Positions 1-64,000 of a DNA stretch of 64,000 nt are shown here, in pieces. The stretch's first letter is position 1; every line of letters begins with the position of its first letter. Location of the stretch: NCBI RefSeq assembly GCF_006345805.1, contig NW_021833282.1, positions 1-64,000 of the forward strand, written 5' to 3'. The position numbers and the translations under genes are program-made. The notes below the pieces were generated by a model that did no database searches, was not told where the DNA came from, and worked only from the letters and a program-made list of their open reading frames with translations. The stretch comes from Octopus sinensis (taxonomy: Eukaryota).

Positions 1-278
1 CTACACATCGCTACACATCGCTGGTCACAATGCTCTTCGCATTGGTTTAGCCTTCACATGACGCCACCCCACTGGCTAAGCGAGCAGGCCAACAGAAGAA
101 AGAGTGAGAGAAAGTTGCGGCGAAAGAGTACAGCAGGGATCGCCCCCCCCCCTGCCAGAGCCTCGTGCAGCTTTAGGTGTTTCGCTCAATAAACACTCAC
201 AACGCCCGGTCTGGGAATCGAAACCGTGATCCTACGACCGCGAGTCCGCTGCTCTAACCACTGGGACATTGCGCCTCC
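1..278 (-). mobile_element. tRNA-derived SINE (5' part; runs off the window)
   Basis: Minus strand reads GGAGGCGCAATGTCCCAGTGGTTAGAGC...GGTTTCGATTCCC (A and B boxes), followed by a non-tRNA body. Confidence 0.8.
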
Positions 279-319
279 ACGCGTATGTATATATGTATGT
301 ATATATGTATGTATATATG

Positions 320-400
<81 letters not shown>

Positions 401-462
401 ATGTATGTATGTATGTATGTATGTATGTATGTATAAACCATGTTGTTTGAAAAGATATGTAA

Positions 463-1605
463 GTTATTTCTTTATTATCATGCGGGTTCACACAGATGGG
501 GACAATACAATGATTTGGGGTCAAATGGAAATATATACAGTGAAATCGAATGGATTAATTACAATGAAAATGAAAATGAAATTGAACAAGAACAAACAAA
601 TAAAAAGGGACAATGAAATCAATGACCCCACGAGCCCCGTCATTTTAACTGAAACCTTTTGGTAAGTGATCATGGCGTGTTCATGCAAGGCCTTTCACCC
701 CTAGCATTCGTGCAACACGCATCCATCTTTTTTTGAATACAGACTCTGACAGACACCTTTTCTCTAGCCCACCTTCCTTTTCAGATGGAACCTGAAAAAG
801 TTCGTTAGGGCGGTGCCAGAGATCATGGTGTCTGACATTATACCTTTCACTCTAGTCTTCCATATAACCTCTTTCGCAACTGCTACTGTCGCGAGAAAGC
901 AATGCTTACCTTCGTTCGTCATGAAACCAGGCGGGTCAATTTTTAAGATTGACTCAGACGACAGCTGTACTCTTCCTCCGTCCGACAACAGGTGTTCGGC
1001 ATAAACCCACACTTCCGAAATTTCCGGACACTGAACAATGGCGTGCAGGACTGTTTCCACATCCTGCCCGCATCTTGGACAGGCCGAAGGTCCACTGTGA
1101 CCATGCCTTGTGAGTTTATTTCGAACGGGTAAGGCTCCACTGTAACACTGCCAGGCCAATGACTTCTGAAAGTTATCCTGTGTCCCTGGTCCGAATGTCC
1201 TTTGGAATAGGCTGTCTAACTGATTACCATCGAGACCTAGGGTCTTTCCCAGGGTATCGTCATTTCCGGCCTCTACCAACCTGCTATAGAACGCTGCAGT
1301 GGAACCAAAGCCACCGGCATTGCCCGAGCTGCGGAAGCGTAAGAGAGCCTTCCGGCACTCCGAATACCACATACTCGATCTTAGTCTGCGACGAAACCAG
1401 GTTTCTCTACCACCAAAACAGGCAAAGCTGGGGACCACTTTGCGAGCGGGGACCACACCCGTTCACCTTCCAGGTAGAGCCAAAGATGCCCCAACCTCAG
1501 CGCATGTCTGCGCATCAACAGCCAAGGCATCCCTAACCCACCCTTTAATGGCTTTTGACAACAGATAGAACCTCTCACAAGAGGAGTGGAACCCTTCCAC
1601 AAAAA
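463..1605 (-). mobile_element. L1/Tx1-type LINE, 5'-truncated 3' fragment
   Basis: ORF 764-1456 has a zf-RVT-like C-terminus (LPVRNKL...CPRCGQDVETVLHAIVQC...IWKTR); pyrimidine-rich 3' UTR ending AATAAAGAAATA. Confidence 0.8.
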
Positions 1606-1609
1606 GCGA

Positions 1610-3490
1610 AAATGATTATTTCCATGTATCCCATTGTTAAATTCGCAATGACTGGTGCTGCCCTTGTACCCATAGCAATTCCGGATTTTTGACGGTAAAA
1701 TGTATTGTCAAACATGAAGTGGTTATTGTGTAGGATGAATTCAATTGATTTAGTAATGAATTCTTTACTGATCCTTTTTGGTATTTCTTCCGGAAATTGG
1801 TCTAACCAGAACTGTATTGCCTCCAGTCCATAATTATGAGGTATACTGGTATACAAGTTGACTACATCAAATGAAACCAGGATTGTTTCTTCCTTGGCTT
1901 TTTTTGGAAGGTGGTTTAACATATCTAAGTCATCTCTGATATGGCTATCGATATGTTTAAGAAACGGTTTCAGGAGGATGTCCATAAGTAGACTTAGTCT
2001 GTGTGTTTCACAAGTTGGGCCAGCTGGAAATAATCATTTACCAGGAATCTTTATCAATCTTTGGAAACCCCCTCTCTCAATACATAAAAGAGAACTGGAA
2101 ACGATTCTTAGACGATTGTTTTATTCTCTGGAATGAAAACACAGATAAACTCCTAAAATTTAAAAACCTATTGAACAGCATAAACCCAAATATACAGTTC
2201 ACAATGGAATACAACCAAAAGGAGCTCCCGTTCTTGGATATACTAATTAAAAAAATTAACCTTAGAATAGAAACAGACATTTTCTACAAAACCACAGACG
2301 CCAAACAATACCTTCTCTTTAATTCATGCCACTCAAGACACACTAAAACAAACATCCCCTTCAACCTTGCAAGAAGGATATGCACAATAGTGTCAGAACA
2401 AAATACCAGGAACTTTAGACTGCAAGAACTCAAAAACACCCTAATTGACAGACATTACCCAGCTCAACTCATAGAGGATGGGATCAGACGTGCAACAGAA
2501 ATCAACATAGAAACTTTAAGAAAAGTTCAACACAACAACACACCTTCCCCGAAAATACTACCTTACATATCTACATACAACCCCAGAAACAAAGAAGCCT
2601 TCACCATCATCACCCAGAATTTACCAATACTTCATAAAAAACCCAAATTAAAGGAAATTCTAAACATACACCAAATCATTAAAAGCTACAAACAGCCTAA
2701 ATCACTTAAAAAGATTCTCACAAAGGCAAAATTGTCTTCTGAAATTACGGATGCAAAAGTAAAAAAATGTGGTAGATCGAACTGTGCAACATGTCCTAAC
2801 ATGCTAGAAGGATCAGAATTCCTCTTTAAAGAGGGACAGAAATTCAAGATCAAATCTAACTTTACTTGTGCCTCTGAAAACATAATTTATGTCATAAAAT
2901 GCTCGGGCTGCCACCAAGACTACGTGGGTTCCACGGGACTATCACTCAGATGTAGATGCACACTGCATCGACAACAGATTGCATTCCCAGAATATAGAAT
3001 GATACCTTTTAGTAAGCACATTGAGAAATGCGCAAAGCAACTACTACCACAATTTTTAATCTTTCCATTTTACCAATGTGCTTTCGGATCATCAACACAA
3101 ATTAGACTAAACAAGGAAACATTCTTCATTGAAAAGTACAAGCCCAGACTCAACCATCCGAACATACTGATACAGAGAAATTCACATTAAGGGAAAAGGA
3201 AAAAAAAATTTTAAGCGATTATCTCTCTTACACAGGAAGAAATCACCCACTACCTTCCCTTATTTAGAACTCTCCGGAGCATAAACACAAGGATAACTCT
3301 ATTCAACATAAACATAACGTCACAAGAAATTTGAAAAGCTAAATGCGAAACCGGTCTTTCTTTAAAAATTATGTCATTATAAGGGAGGAAAAAAAAAAAA
3401 AAAAATTTTCTAATATTCTTCAGACATATTGACGCAAATATATATATTTTTTAACATTTAAGCCTTCTGTCGTTTTTTCACTCTTTACTA
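1610..3490 (+). mobile_element. Penelope-like element (Neptune-type) with inverted 5' RT segment
   Basis: 1610-2024 on the minus strand encodes RT motifs (SFDVVNLYTSIP, GIAMGT). 2025-3190 on the plus strand continues the RT (RFLDD, LPFLD), a CxxxxCxxC linker and a GIY-YIG domain (IIYVIKCSGC...YVGST). HHR-like motif in the 3' region; ends at (TA)n. Confidence 0.92.
3324..3362 (+). ncRNA. Minimal type-I hammerhead ribozyme, U3-A8 core variant
   Basis: aagaaa(t) TTGAAAA gc-taaat-gc GAAA CCGG TC tttctt, downstream of the PLE ORF. Confidence 0.6.
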
Positions 3491-3517
3491 TTTTATATAT
3501 ATATATATATATATATA

Positions 3518-3594
<77 letters not shown>

Positions 3595-3624
3595 TATATA
3601 TATATATATATTATATATATATAT

Positions 3625-3661
<37 letters not shown>

Positions 3662-3665
3662 GTAT

Positions 3666-3701
<36 letters not shown>

Positions 3702-3711
3702 CATAAGTATG

Positions 3712-3744
<33 letters not shown>

Positions 3745-4052
3745 CACACCTCGAATACTGCTGCCCACTGGGGTCTCCCCATACAAGACAAAACATCTCG
3801 AGGATTGAATCACCCCAGAGGGCACTCACTAAACGAATTGAAGGCATGACTGCTCTCGATTATTGCTTGACAGCTGAGGCTGGTGTGTTTACGTCCCCGT
3901 CACTTAGCGGTTCGGCAAAAGAGACCGATAGAATAAGTACTGGGCTTACAAAGAATAGGTCCCGGGGTCGATTTGCTCGACTAAAGGCGGTGCTCCAGCA
4001 TGGCCGCAGTCAAATGACTGAAACAAGTAAAAGAGTAAAAGAGTAAAAGAGT
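3745..4052 (+). mobile_element. CR1/L2 RT C-terminal fragment (3745-3862) abutting the 3' half of a family-A SINE
   Basis: [11 protein letters not shown]...[12 protein letters not shown] resembles the 22801 ORF C-terminus; SINE tail with (AAAAGAGT)n. Confidence 0.7.
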
Positions 4053-4054
4053 AA

Positions 4055-4057
<3 letters not shown>

Positions 4058-4112
<55 letters not shown>

Positions 4113-4174
4113 TAATAATAATAAAAATATTACCGATTATAGTAGTATTAGTAGTATTAGTAGTAGTAGTAGTA

Positions 4175-4211
<37 letters not shown>

Positions 4212-6837
4212 CAACAACAACAACAACAATAATAATAATAATAATAATAACGATAGCAATATCAATAATATTAATAGTAATAATGCTCCTAGTTGCAATT
4301 GTCGAGTTAAATCCCACTGTCCGTTATTAGGTAGATGTTTAATCCAAAATGTAGTTTATAAATGTACAATTGTGACTGAGGCTTGTAACTTTATATAATT
4401 ATAGGATGTACAATAAATTTGAAAGAAACGTATCAATAACCATCCTTCATCTTTTAGACTCAAACATAAAGCAAATAGTACGTCTTTATCTAGTAAGATT
4501 TGGGAACTGAAAGAAAGCGGGATCGGATTTAGCCTTAAATGGGATATAATACGGAGAGCGCAGCGTTATAGAGATAGTCGATATGAGTGTGATCTGTGCT
4601 CAATGATAACTTATGAGATTTTTAAGTATAGGGACAAGAACAACCTGATTAATGATAGATTAGACCTAAGGTATCATGCATGCGTAGCGTCACCCGAATA
4701 TTTAAGTATTTTCGAAACTAACAATTATAGGTGCCATACTTGAACTTCGATGGTGGAAATGAATTTTGGTGTCGTATCCGTTGTAAACTTACCCTCCAGT
4801 ATTAAATATAAAAGATCATGGGATATTATGTTTTATGCTGAATTATATTGCATTACACATGTTATGTGCTACGTGTTGTGGTATGTGGAGTGCTATATGT
4901 AATATTATCTCATGATAATCCCTGCCTAGTTCGTCTAACTTCACCCTATTTTGGTGATTACACTATTTTCCTTTCTAGGATGTTCTGCCCTACTCATCAT
5001 ATCATGTATAGTTGTTATGACTTTATGGAAGTAAGTCTCCTTTCGACTAAATCATATACCACCTACAAACTTTAAAATCATACATACAATAACACCTGTA
5101 ATATTATAACTTATGAAATCCTCTCGGTTTGAATGCCTTTAACCGCTCTCAATACTTCCATATCTATTACCCTCACTTTTCGGGTTACGTTCAACTTTTC
5201 TCTGCCTCTAATTTTAATCCCCTGCCTCTTTATATGTAGGTTGTATGTATTTCTTATTATTTTCTCTAAATTCTTATTTTGTTTTCTTATTTTGATATCC
5301 TTACTTAGGCGCAGGAGAGGCTGTGTGGTAAGGAGCTAGTTTACCAACCACATGGTTCCGGGTTCAGTCCCACTGCGTGTCACCTTGGGCAAGTGTCTTT
5401 TACTATAGCCTCGGGCCGACCAAAGCTTTGTGAGTGGATTTGGTAGACGGAAACTGAAAGAAGCCCGTCGTATATATGTATATATATATATGCGTGTGTG
5501 TGTTTGTGTGTCTGTGTTTGTCCCCCTAGCATTGCTTGACAACCGATGCTGGTGTGTTTATGTCCCCGTCACTTAGCGGTTCGGCAAAAGAGACCGATAG
5601 AATAAGTACTGGGCTTACAAAAGAATAAGTCCCGGGGTCGAATTGCTCGATTAAAAGTGGTGCTCCAGCTTGGCCGCAGTCAAATGACTGAAACAAGTAA
5701 AAGAGTAAAGAGTAAAGAGTATTAACTTTTTTTCCTTCTTAACTTGATATTTTTCCGTTACTTAAGTCTATGCGAGAAATTAATACTATATCCGTATAAG
5801 CGCATAAATATTTGTGTATGTGTTCATATGCATATGTATATGTGTGTGTATGTGTGTGTATGCCCACCCACAAACATATGTAAAAAAACCCTCTTTGTAG
5901 ATGTATCTGCATGCATTTTTACACTTTTCTGATTCATGGCTTAAAATTAATAGACGGTATGCATATCTTTCTAGTTATTCCTTGAGCAGTCTTTATAGAA
6001 ACCACCTAATAATTAATTAATTAAGTACATGAATGGATATTAAACGGATTCTATGTAATCTTCCTGTTTAATGTTTATAATTGACATATACACACCTTTT
6101 ACCTATTTTGGTTTTATCATGTTTGGAATTCTTAAATCTTATTTTTATACAACATAACAATATTGTTTATAAACATTCCCTCATATTGCCCCTAATAGAA
6201 TTTCCTCTGTAATAACATCCTAGGTTTCTTACTGTTTTGCCCCTGTAAATGGTAATTAACATCGTGATTTAAAGTCTACTCCTACCCTAACTCTTTTTAT
6301 AGACAGTTACTTATATCAAACTGACTACTCCTAATGTCATATTTCCTCCATGGAGAAAAGGGATACATATGATAATATTTATGACCATCCCTAGCCATGA
6401 GCTGTCAACTCACTCCTGTCCTTTATTCAAAATAGACACAGTCTTCTAGTCTCAGAATTAGTAGTTGATAAAGAGATAAATGAATTAGAAACGAATTACA
6501 ACCCTATGACCCCACTATGCTCCATGTGATTCTTAGGAGTTGTAGTCTATTCTTAGATGCAACAGCGACAACATGAATTTCTTCCATCTTCTTACTCTGT
6601 TAAAATATATAAGAAAAATTATATTAATTTATCCTACTTGTTAAAATTCCATTTACTTATTTGTGCACCTGAAGATAGCACTACATTTAAATTGATGGAG
6701 CCCCTTGAAACGGTCGTACTGCATTACTACTTGATATCCTGTTGCTTATTTTGATTTTATTCACCTTCGAGCTGTGCGGATACCGGACTGACTTGGTGCT
6801 TCAACTTAAGTACCTAATTGAATCTTAATTATTTCTA

Positions 6838-6840
<3 letters not shown>
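4058..6840 (+). mobile_element. Decayed Penelope-like element (Naiad-type), 3' part
   Basis: Asn/Ser-rich linker, then SCNCRVKSHCPLLGRCLIQNVVYKC and a frameshifted GIY-YIG; degenerate HHR (CTGAAGA at 6669, GAAACGGTC at 6707) near the (TA)n end; interrupted by a SINE. Confidence 0.75.
5307..5720 (+). mobile_element. Full-length tRNA-derived SINE, family A
   Basis: A box, B-box-like GGTTCAGTCCC, internal (TA)/(TG) tract, LINE-like tail. Further copies near 6873-7025(-), 18965-19140(-), 44345-44830(-), 60765-60950(-), 61985-62117(+), 62878-63020(-). Confidence 0.9.
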
Positions 6841-6875
<35 letters not shown>

Positions 6876-9346
6876 CAGATTTCTTTCAGTTTCTGTCTGC
6901 CAAATCCATTCGCAAAGCTTTGGTCGGTCCGACGCTATAGCAGAAGACACTTGCGCAAGGTGTCACACATTGGGACTGAACCCAGAACTATGTGGTTGGG
7001 AAGCAAGCTTCTTACCATACTGCCATTAATAATAATTATTTTCTCTTAGTAAAAGTGCGAAAGAAATCAATATTACTGTTTATATAATTGTAGCTTAGTG
7101 GCAGTCTTTGTTACAATACTAACTCGAATTAAAAATACCCGGCAGTATTCAACTTCTGCGTTCGTGGTTCAAACACTGCCATTAGCAGAATTGACTATTG
7201 TTTCTAGAATATGAAGCAATCATTTTGGTTGGCTCCGTTTATAATGGTGATGTCTGATGCTGAAACATTCAGATCATCAGAGATCAAATAGACTCCCGAG
7301 ACGAGCGAGTGCATAACTTTCAAAGCATTGTAGGTCTACATCATTTAATAACTCATATTGAAACTTATTAGTCTTGATAAACCAGAAATTCTAACATTAA
7401 ACAAGAATCTGTATACGATTCAGTGTAACAGGGACTTCCAGTTCTACAAGCTAATTAAATATTTAATATATAAAGAACGCCAAATTATATAATTTGCAAT
7501 ATGTATTTACCCCTCTTAACGTTCTGTGAAAAAGTGTAGATTATTAAATTGTTGGGCTTATGACCGTAATGTTGTGGGTTCCGTTTCGGTGTGTCCTCAG
7601 CTGAGACAATTCTTTTCACGTTGACAGGGCCTATTCAGATGTAAAGGTGTTTGTCACAGATTGCCGTCTTGCAAAACTTTTGACCTAAAATCTTGCAAAT
7701 ACAAGATGTCGACGGCCCTTGATGACTGCGACATACTGTGCAAGAGTTGAATTTTTTCTGTTACCGCGATCAAAAGAATTGAGGACAGCGATATACTTTG
7801 AGTAAATTCAGTCATTTTTTTCTGTCGTCTTACATGTAACCATGTACCAGTAGTAGCCATGATTGAGCAAACCTTTAACCAACGACATTCTGACCCTGAT
7901 CATCCCGTTGTTTTTATTCCAGACACTACAATTAGGACGCAATATTCTTAAACAGTAGGGATTTTGCAGTTGAAACGTAAGAAATAAGATGAACTTTGAG
8001 GTATGTAATGTTTAATTTTTTTTTCTGCCATTTGAATTTTCCTTTGGGTAACTACCTTAGTCTCAACTGGTACCAGCTACGCATTGGGAGAGATAACTTT
8101 TTAGAAGTTCCTTCGAAGGAACCCACATTTCGTCCTCTCGTATTCACGATCGTACTCTTTCGGTCGTAGCCCAGCATTTTCACTTAAATGTTTCTTAGTG
8201 CCGATATCAGAAGTCCTACGATATTTGTATCATCGTGTTATTCTTTCTGCTTATTGTAAGTTCACACATTGCAACAGTTTTATTTGATATTCTTTGAAGG
8301 TTCTGAAATCAAAACGTAAGAACTAAGATGAATTTTGAGGTAAATTTTGAATTTTAAATTTCCAGTAGTTTTCTACCTTAGTTGGTCTCGACATCTAACT
8401 GAAGTTGATCGACAGCTGGAAAAAGTAAATAGCAAAAAGACCATACGCTTATAATAAAGAAAAAACTCTCTTTCTCCCCTCTTCACCTTTTTCACTCTGA
8501 CCTTTTTCTTTGTCTCTCTATCTGTACTTCTCCGTGAATAAATATATATTCACACGAAGGAACAAACGAAAGAAATTAGCACTCAACAAATTTAATTAGT
8601 TATATGTCGAACCTCCAACCATGTAATAAGACGGACGTGTCGTATTCGCCCACGAAACTTTAAGTCAAATATCAGGCCTTGTGCTAAAAGCAGAAAGGAA
8701 TATATTGCAATGATTTTTCTCTCTTTGCCAATCAAATGCATTTTGCTGAAAGAAACCATGTCGAAGACAAGTTAAGTCGAAATCATTTTATCGATGCTTC
8801 ACTTTTGTTTTTATTTATGTTTTTGTGGTTTATTTCGACTGAATGAATCGATTATTTACCAAGGTGTTGTTTGTTTGTAATCTTACCAGAAAACTTTCTT
8901 CATTATTTAGGTCCCTAACTTTTAACAGCCAAGTCCCCCTACGTATGGAAAGATGCACAACTTCACCGATTTAAATAGCGGCAGCAATATTAGATAGATG
9001 AGTATTTCGTCTATTTATAGGGCTGAGTTATATTCTGCCTATATATGAAATGCTAACATCCAGGGTCAGTTAAGGATATCGCTTTTCGAGCAACCACTTG
9101 TGTCCTTCGGTAGTGGAGAGAACGTCATGTGTTTTGGACCGTCCAAATACGAGAGGATGGACTATAAGTAAAATGAAAAGAAAGCGTGTAAATTTCTCGA
9201 GCGGAGGAATGGAGTTAAGCTTATTCAAAACTTGTTGCGGAGGCCGGTGTGCGTTGGAGTGGAAACTGTATGTCGCCCGGTTCGAACGATAAAAAAAAAC
9301 AACTCATCTGGCTTCCAGAAAGAACGTGTAAATTGAGATAGTGTCA

Positions 9347-60690
<51,344 letters not shown>

Positions 60691-60946
60691 GTGAGTATAT
60701 TTATTTCAAATCGTTTTAAACGTATTCGTAATGTTTTGAAAATTTCATCGTGAGAATTTCATCTTTTACTTGTTTCAATCGTTGATCTACGGCCATACTG
60801 GGGCACCATAATGAAAGAGTTTTACGAGAACAGTTCCACGCTATTACTCAAGTTTGGTATTCAATCTATCTTAGCCGAACTGCTTTGTGGCGGGGACATA
60901 AAGAAACCAACATCAGCCGACAAGAGGTCGTAGGTACAAGTGAAAA

Positions 60947-60980
<34 letters not shown>

Positions 60981-61231
60981 GCGTGGCTTAGTAGTTAGTG
61001 AATCCTTGAGCAAGACACTTTATTTTACGTTGATCCAGTCCATCCAACTGGCACAAATGAGTGGTACATGTTATTCAAAAATTTCAGCCTTGTCACATTC
61101 TGTAACATGCTAAATCTTCCTGAGAACTACATTAAGGGTGTACATTAAGGGAACTCCATGACTGTGGAGCACTCAAGCACTTCCATGTTAATTTCACAAG
61201 CAGGCTGTTCCGTCGATCGTGGTAACAAACG

Positions 61232-61320
61232 ATGTGCCAGTGTATTTTTCTCTCACTCGCTCTCTCCATTATATATATATATATAATATATATATATATG
61301 TATGTATGTATGTATATATG

Positions 61321-61351
<31 letters not shown>

Positions 61352-61365
61352 GTATATATATATAC

Positions 61366-61449
<84 letters not shown>

Positions 61450-61482
61450 CACTGGCACATGGGTGGTGGTCGGAATCCTTCC

Positions 61483-61527
<45 letters not shown>

Positions 61528-61553
61528 TGTGGAAGGATTCCGACCACCACCCA
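61232..61553. repeat. Two abutting fold-back inverted repeats, each centred on a TA-rich microsatellite
   Basis: ATGTGCCAGTGTATTT...AAATACACTGGCACAT (61232-61460) and TGGGTGGTGGTCGGAATCCTTCCACAAT...ATTGTGGAAGGATTCCGACCACCACCCA (61460-61553). Confidence 0.9.
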
Positions 61554-62114
61554 AGTGATTAAGGTGAACTGAGTCATTGTTATAAAACAAAGAACTGAGC
61601 GACTGGAGTTCGGGATTGGTAAGCAGTTCAATGTGAGCCGTCGATTGAGAGCGTTGGGTCTCGTGTATTAGAAATAGCAGCGTGTCGTGTAAATATTTCT
61701 TTCGCCAGCTTCGTTAAAATATATATCCAACACTCAAGGATATAGCACTCACACATATGCGCGCGCGCACACACACACACACTTTATTCTTAAACAAGAA
61801 TTTTTTTGACAAAGTTTCCACCACCTATGTCACTGTCGGACTATGATGCATTTTAATTCTATTTTATTAAACTTTTGTTCCCATTTTCATACATGAATAT
61901 ATACACATTTTCTATATGATCCCCTGTTCAGCATGTCTCTGGAACAGAATTTAAAGAAGTTTTATAAACAAACAACTGGCGTTGAAGTGTGGTAAGAAGC
62001 TTCCGTGTTTAGTCTCACTATGTGGTACCATGGGCAAGTGTCTTCTACTATAGTCTCAGGCCGATCAAATCCTTGTAGGTAAATTTGGTATACGAAAACT
62101 GAGAGAAGCCTGTC

Positions 62115-62151
<37 letters not shown>

Positions 62152-62247
62152 CCAAACATGAAAACACAAAGAGAAAACGCGACAACGCGAGGACGTGGAA
62201 CAAATATAGTATTATTGGACGCTCAAGAAGGAAGGGAAGAAGGAGGG

Positions 62248-62280
62248 TTTAACGTTTCGAGCGGAGCTCTTCGTCGGAAA
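62248..62280 (-). ncRNA. Minimal hammerhead-like variant in a pLTR-like fragment (about 62150-62350)
   Basis: ttt CCGACGA A gagc-tcc-gctc GAAA CG TT aaa on the minus strand. Confidence 0.45.
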
Positions 62281-62778
62281 CATAGGAGAAGGAAAGATCC
62301 AGAGAAGGGAAGACAGAGGAAAAAAAATCGCCAACGGTACACACGCGGTCATATTTATATATATATATATACACGTCACTATTAGTGACGACTGAATTTT
62401 TCTTTTTTGGTTTAGTATTACGTATAGCTGCCTACATTATTTTCTAATTTTCACATTAGCATTTCGCTAAGTAACCCATGAACTTATATAATAAATATTT
62501 ATACTGATAGTCTGGATTTAGCCAAACCATTCAGCGAAGGAGTAGACACTGCTAACGAGTCTTCAATTTTACAAATGAAACTAGCCTAGTCCAAAGATCT
62601 ATCTTCGCTTATGGGGCGGTTATCTCCCCTCTCAGTGTATGAAAATGTGCTTCTCTGTAGTTCTAAGAGTTTTAACTTTTATTTCTAGCAATATAGGCGC
62701 TACCCAGCACCCTCAGCTGCAATTAATGACGGTTGAATATTTCCTTTTTGGTTTTATACAGATTATGGCTACCTACGT

Positions 62779-62862
<84 letters not shown>

Positions 62863-64000
62863 TGTGTGTGTGTGTGTGACGGGTTTCCACGAGTGTCTTC
62901 CAGCCAAGTTCACTCAGAAAGCTATTAAATGGTCCGGAGATGTTGATAGACACTTGCCCAAGCGCAATGGGATTGAAATCGAAACCATGTGATTGCAAGG
63001 CGAGCCACGCAGCTATGCTTGTTTTAAGTATGTATTGTATCACAATAGCTTGAGTTATTGTAGCAGTGTATATAAGCGTATATATGTTGGTATTCATACA
63101 CCTTCGTAGATATATGCTTCAGTGCGTTTGTGAGCGTTTAAGTATTTGTTTGTGCTTAGGTATGCATCGTTGGGAAAAAACGCGTAGCGACATGTAGCTT
63201 TTGTAGAAATATATAGGTGCGTTTGTCTTTATGCAAAAGGTTATGTGTCTATAGTTTGCGTATGGAGTTTTCTACCTGGTTGGTGCATGAGTTCCAGTAC
63301 CTATTAATAAGTGACTTGAAATGCATTTTCGGTGACGTTTTTATCGCAGCATCGCCATTGCCACTACCACTGACCAACTAATATTAGTCAGACTCAAGAG
63401 AATGGCACACTGAATATTACATAATGTGACAATACAAACTGGTAGCGAGCCGTTTTGGCTCAGCCCTTTTGGCACCTCATCTTAGCCGTTAATGATTCAG
63501 CGTTGACTTATTTGACATCTAACAGTTTAATGCCTCTCTCCTTTTGTGAGCCTCTCATTAAGTTTACATGTATGTGTAATGTCTCTGTTACATAACCTCC
63601 CTCTCTCTTTTTCCCTCTCTTTCTGTATGTGAATATTTCTGCACGTGCATGAGTGCATAAGTCTGACTCCAGTAACGACAGTTTCTGTCACAAAAACAGG
63701 CTGATACTCCAGTCAGTCGTGGCAAATTGTCAGCGACAAACAACCGCGCCACTTGTCTCCTTTCGATTCAAAACAATGCATTTTGAGAATTGTTTTCTTT
63801 GGGCATCGAAGAATTGTGTTTCATAATTTCTAAGACTGTATAAATACAGCTGATTGCTACCTTTACGCCTCTGATAATAAATATCTAGAGATGCAGATAG
63901 ATTCTATGTAGTCAAGCAACCTGCTAGAAATAGTAACCAACATCCCTACAGATTGCATCCTACCATTTTAAAAATGTAAGAAGGAAACGAAGGGAAAGTG

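Noticed and set aside
600-667. Strong donor-like GTAAGT at 662 suggesting an upstream chitin synthase exon
   Set aside because: Lies antisense within the L1/Tx1 3' UTR; the peptide has no chitin synthase similarity.
62680-62780. Candidate acceptors for the next chitin synthase exon
   Set aside because: No convincing donor or chitin synthase-like peptide; remaining exons are probably beyond the window.

Overview
AT-rich, microsatellite-dense eukaryotic DNA, probably octopus or another coleoid cephalopod (inferred from the SINE families and repeat landscape). One host gene spans the window on the + strand: a chitin synthase (GT2). Eleven coding exons can be joined by hand from about 9347 to 60690 with GT-AG boundaries and consistent phases (about 1094 codons, motifs KKRWSQ, TDSD, GEDRW, QRRRW, SWGTR). 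Its C-terminal exons were not found in the window. Introns and the upstream region are filled with mobile DNA: Penelope-like elements (PLEs) and their non-coding derivatives, carrying about 15 type-I hammerhead ribozyme (HHR) motifs; a near-intact CR1/L2-group LINE; L1/Tx1, RTE and R4/Dong fragments; a full-length mariner; a hAT MITE; a piggyBac remnant; Helitrons; and at least four tRNA-derived SINE families. The main observations are: (1) a 509-nt ORF-less HHR unit present as tandem plus inverted copies without fixed ends, a candidate retrozyme or circular-RNA-derived element; (2) a 460-bp perfect palindrome of HHR-bearing arms; (3) two adjacent intronic HHRs that could form a heterodimer; (4) two SINE-LINE 3'-tail partnerships visible in the window; (5) a long Ser/Asp-rich insertion in the chitin synthase catalytic region. 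All calls were made by eye and no searches were run.
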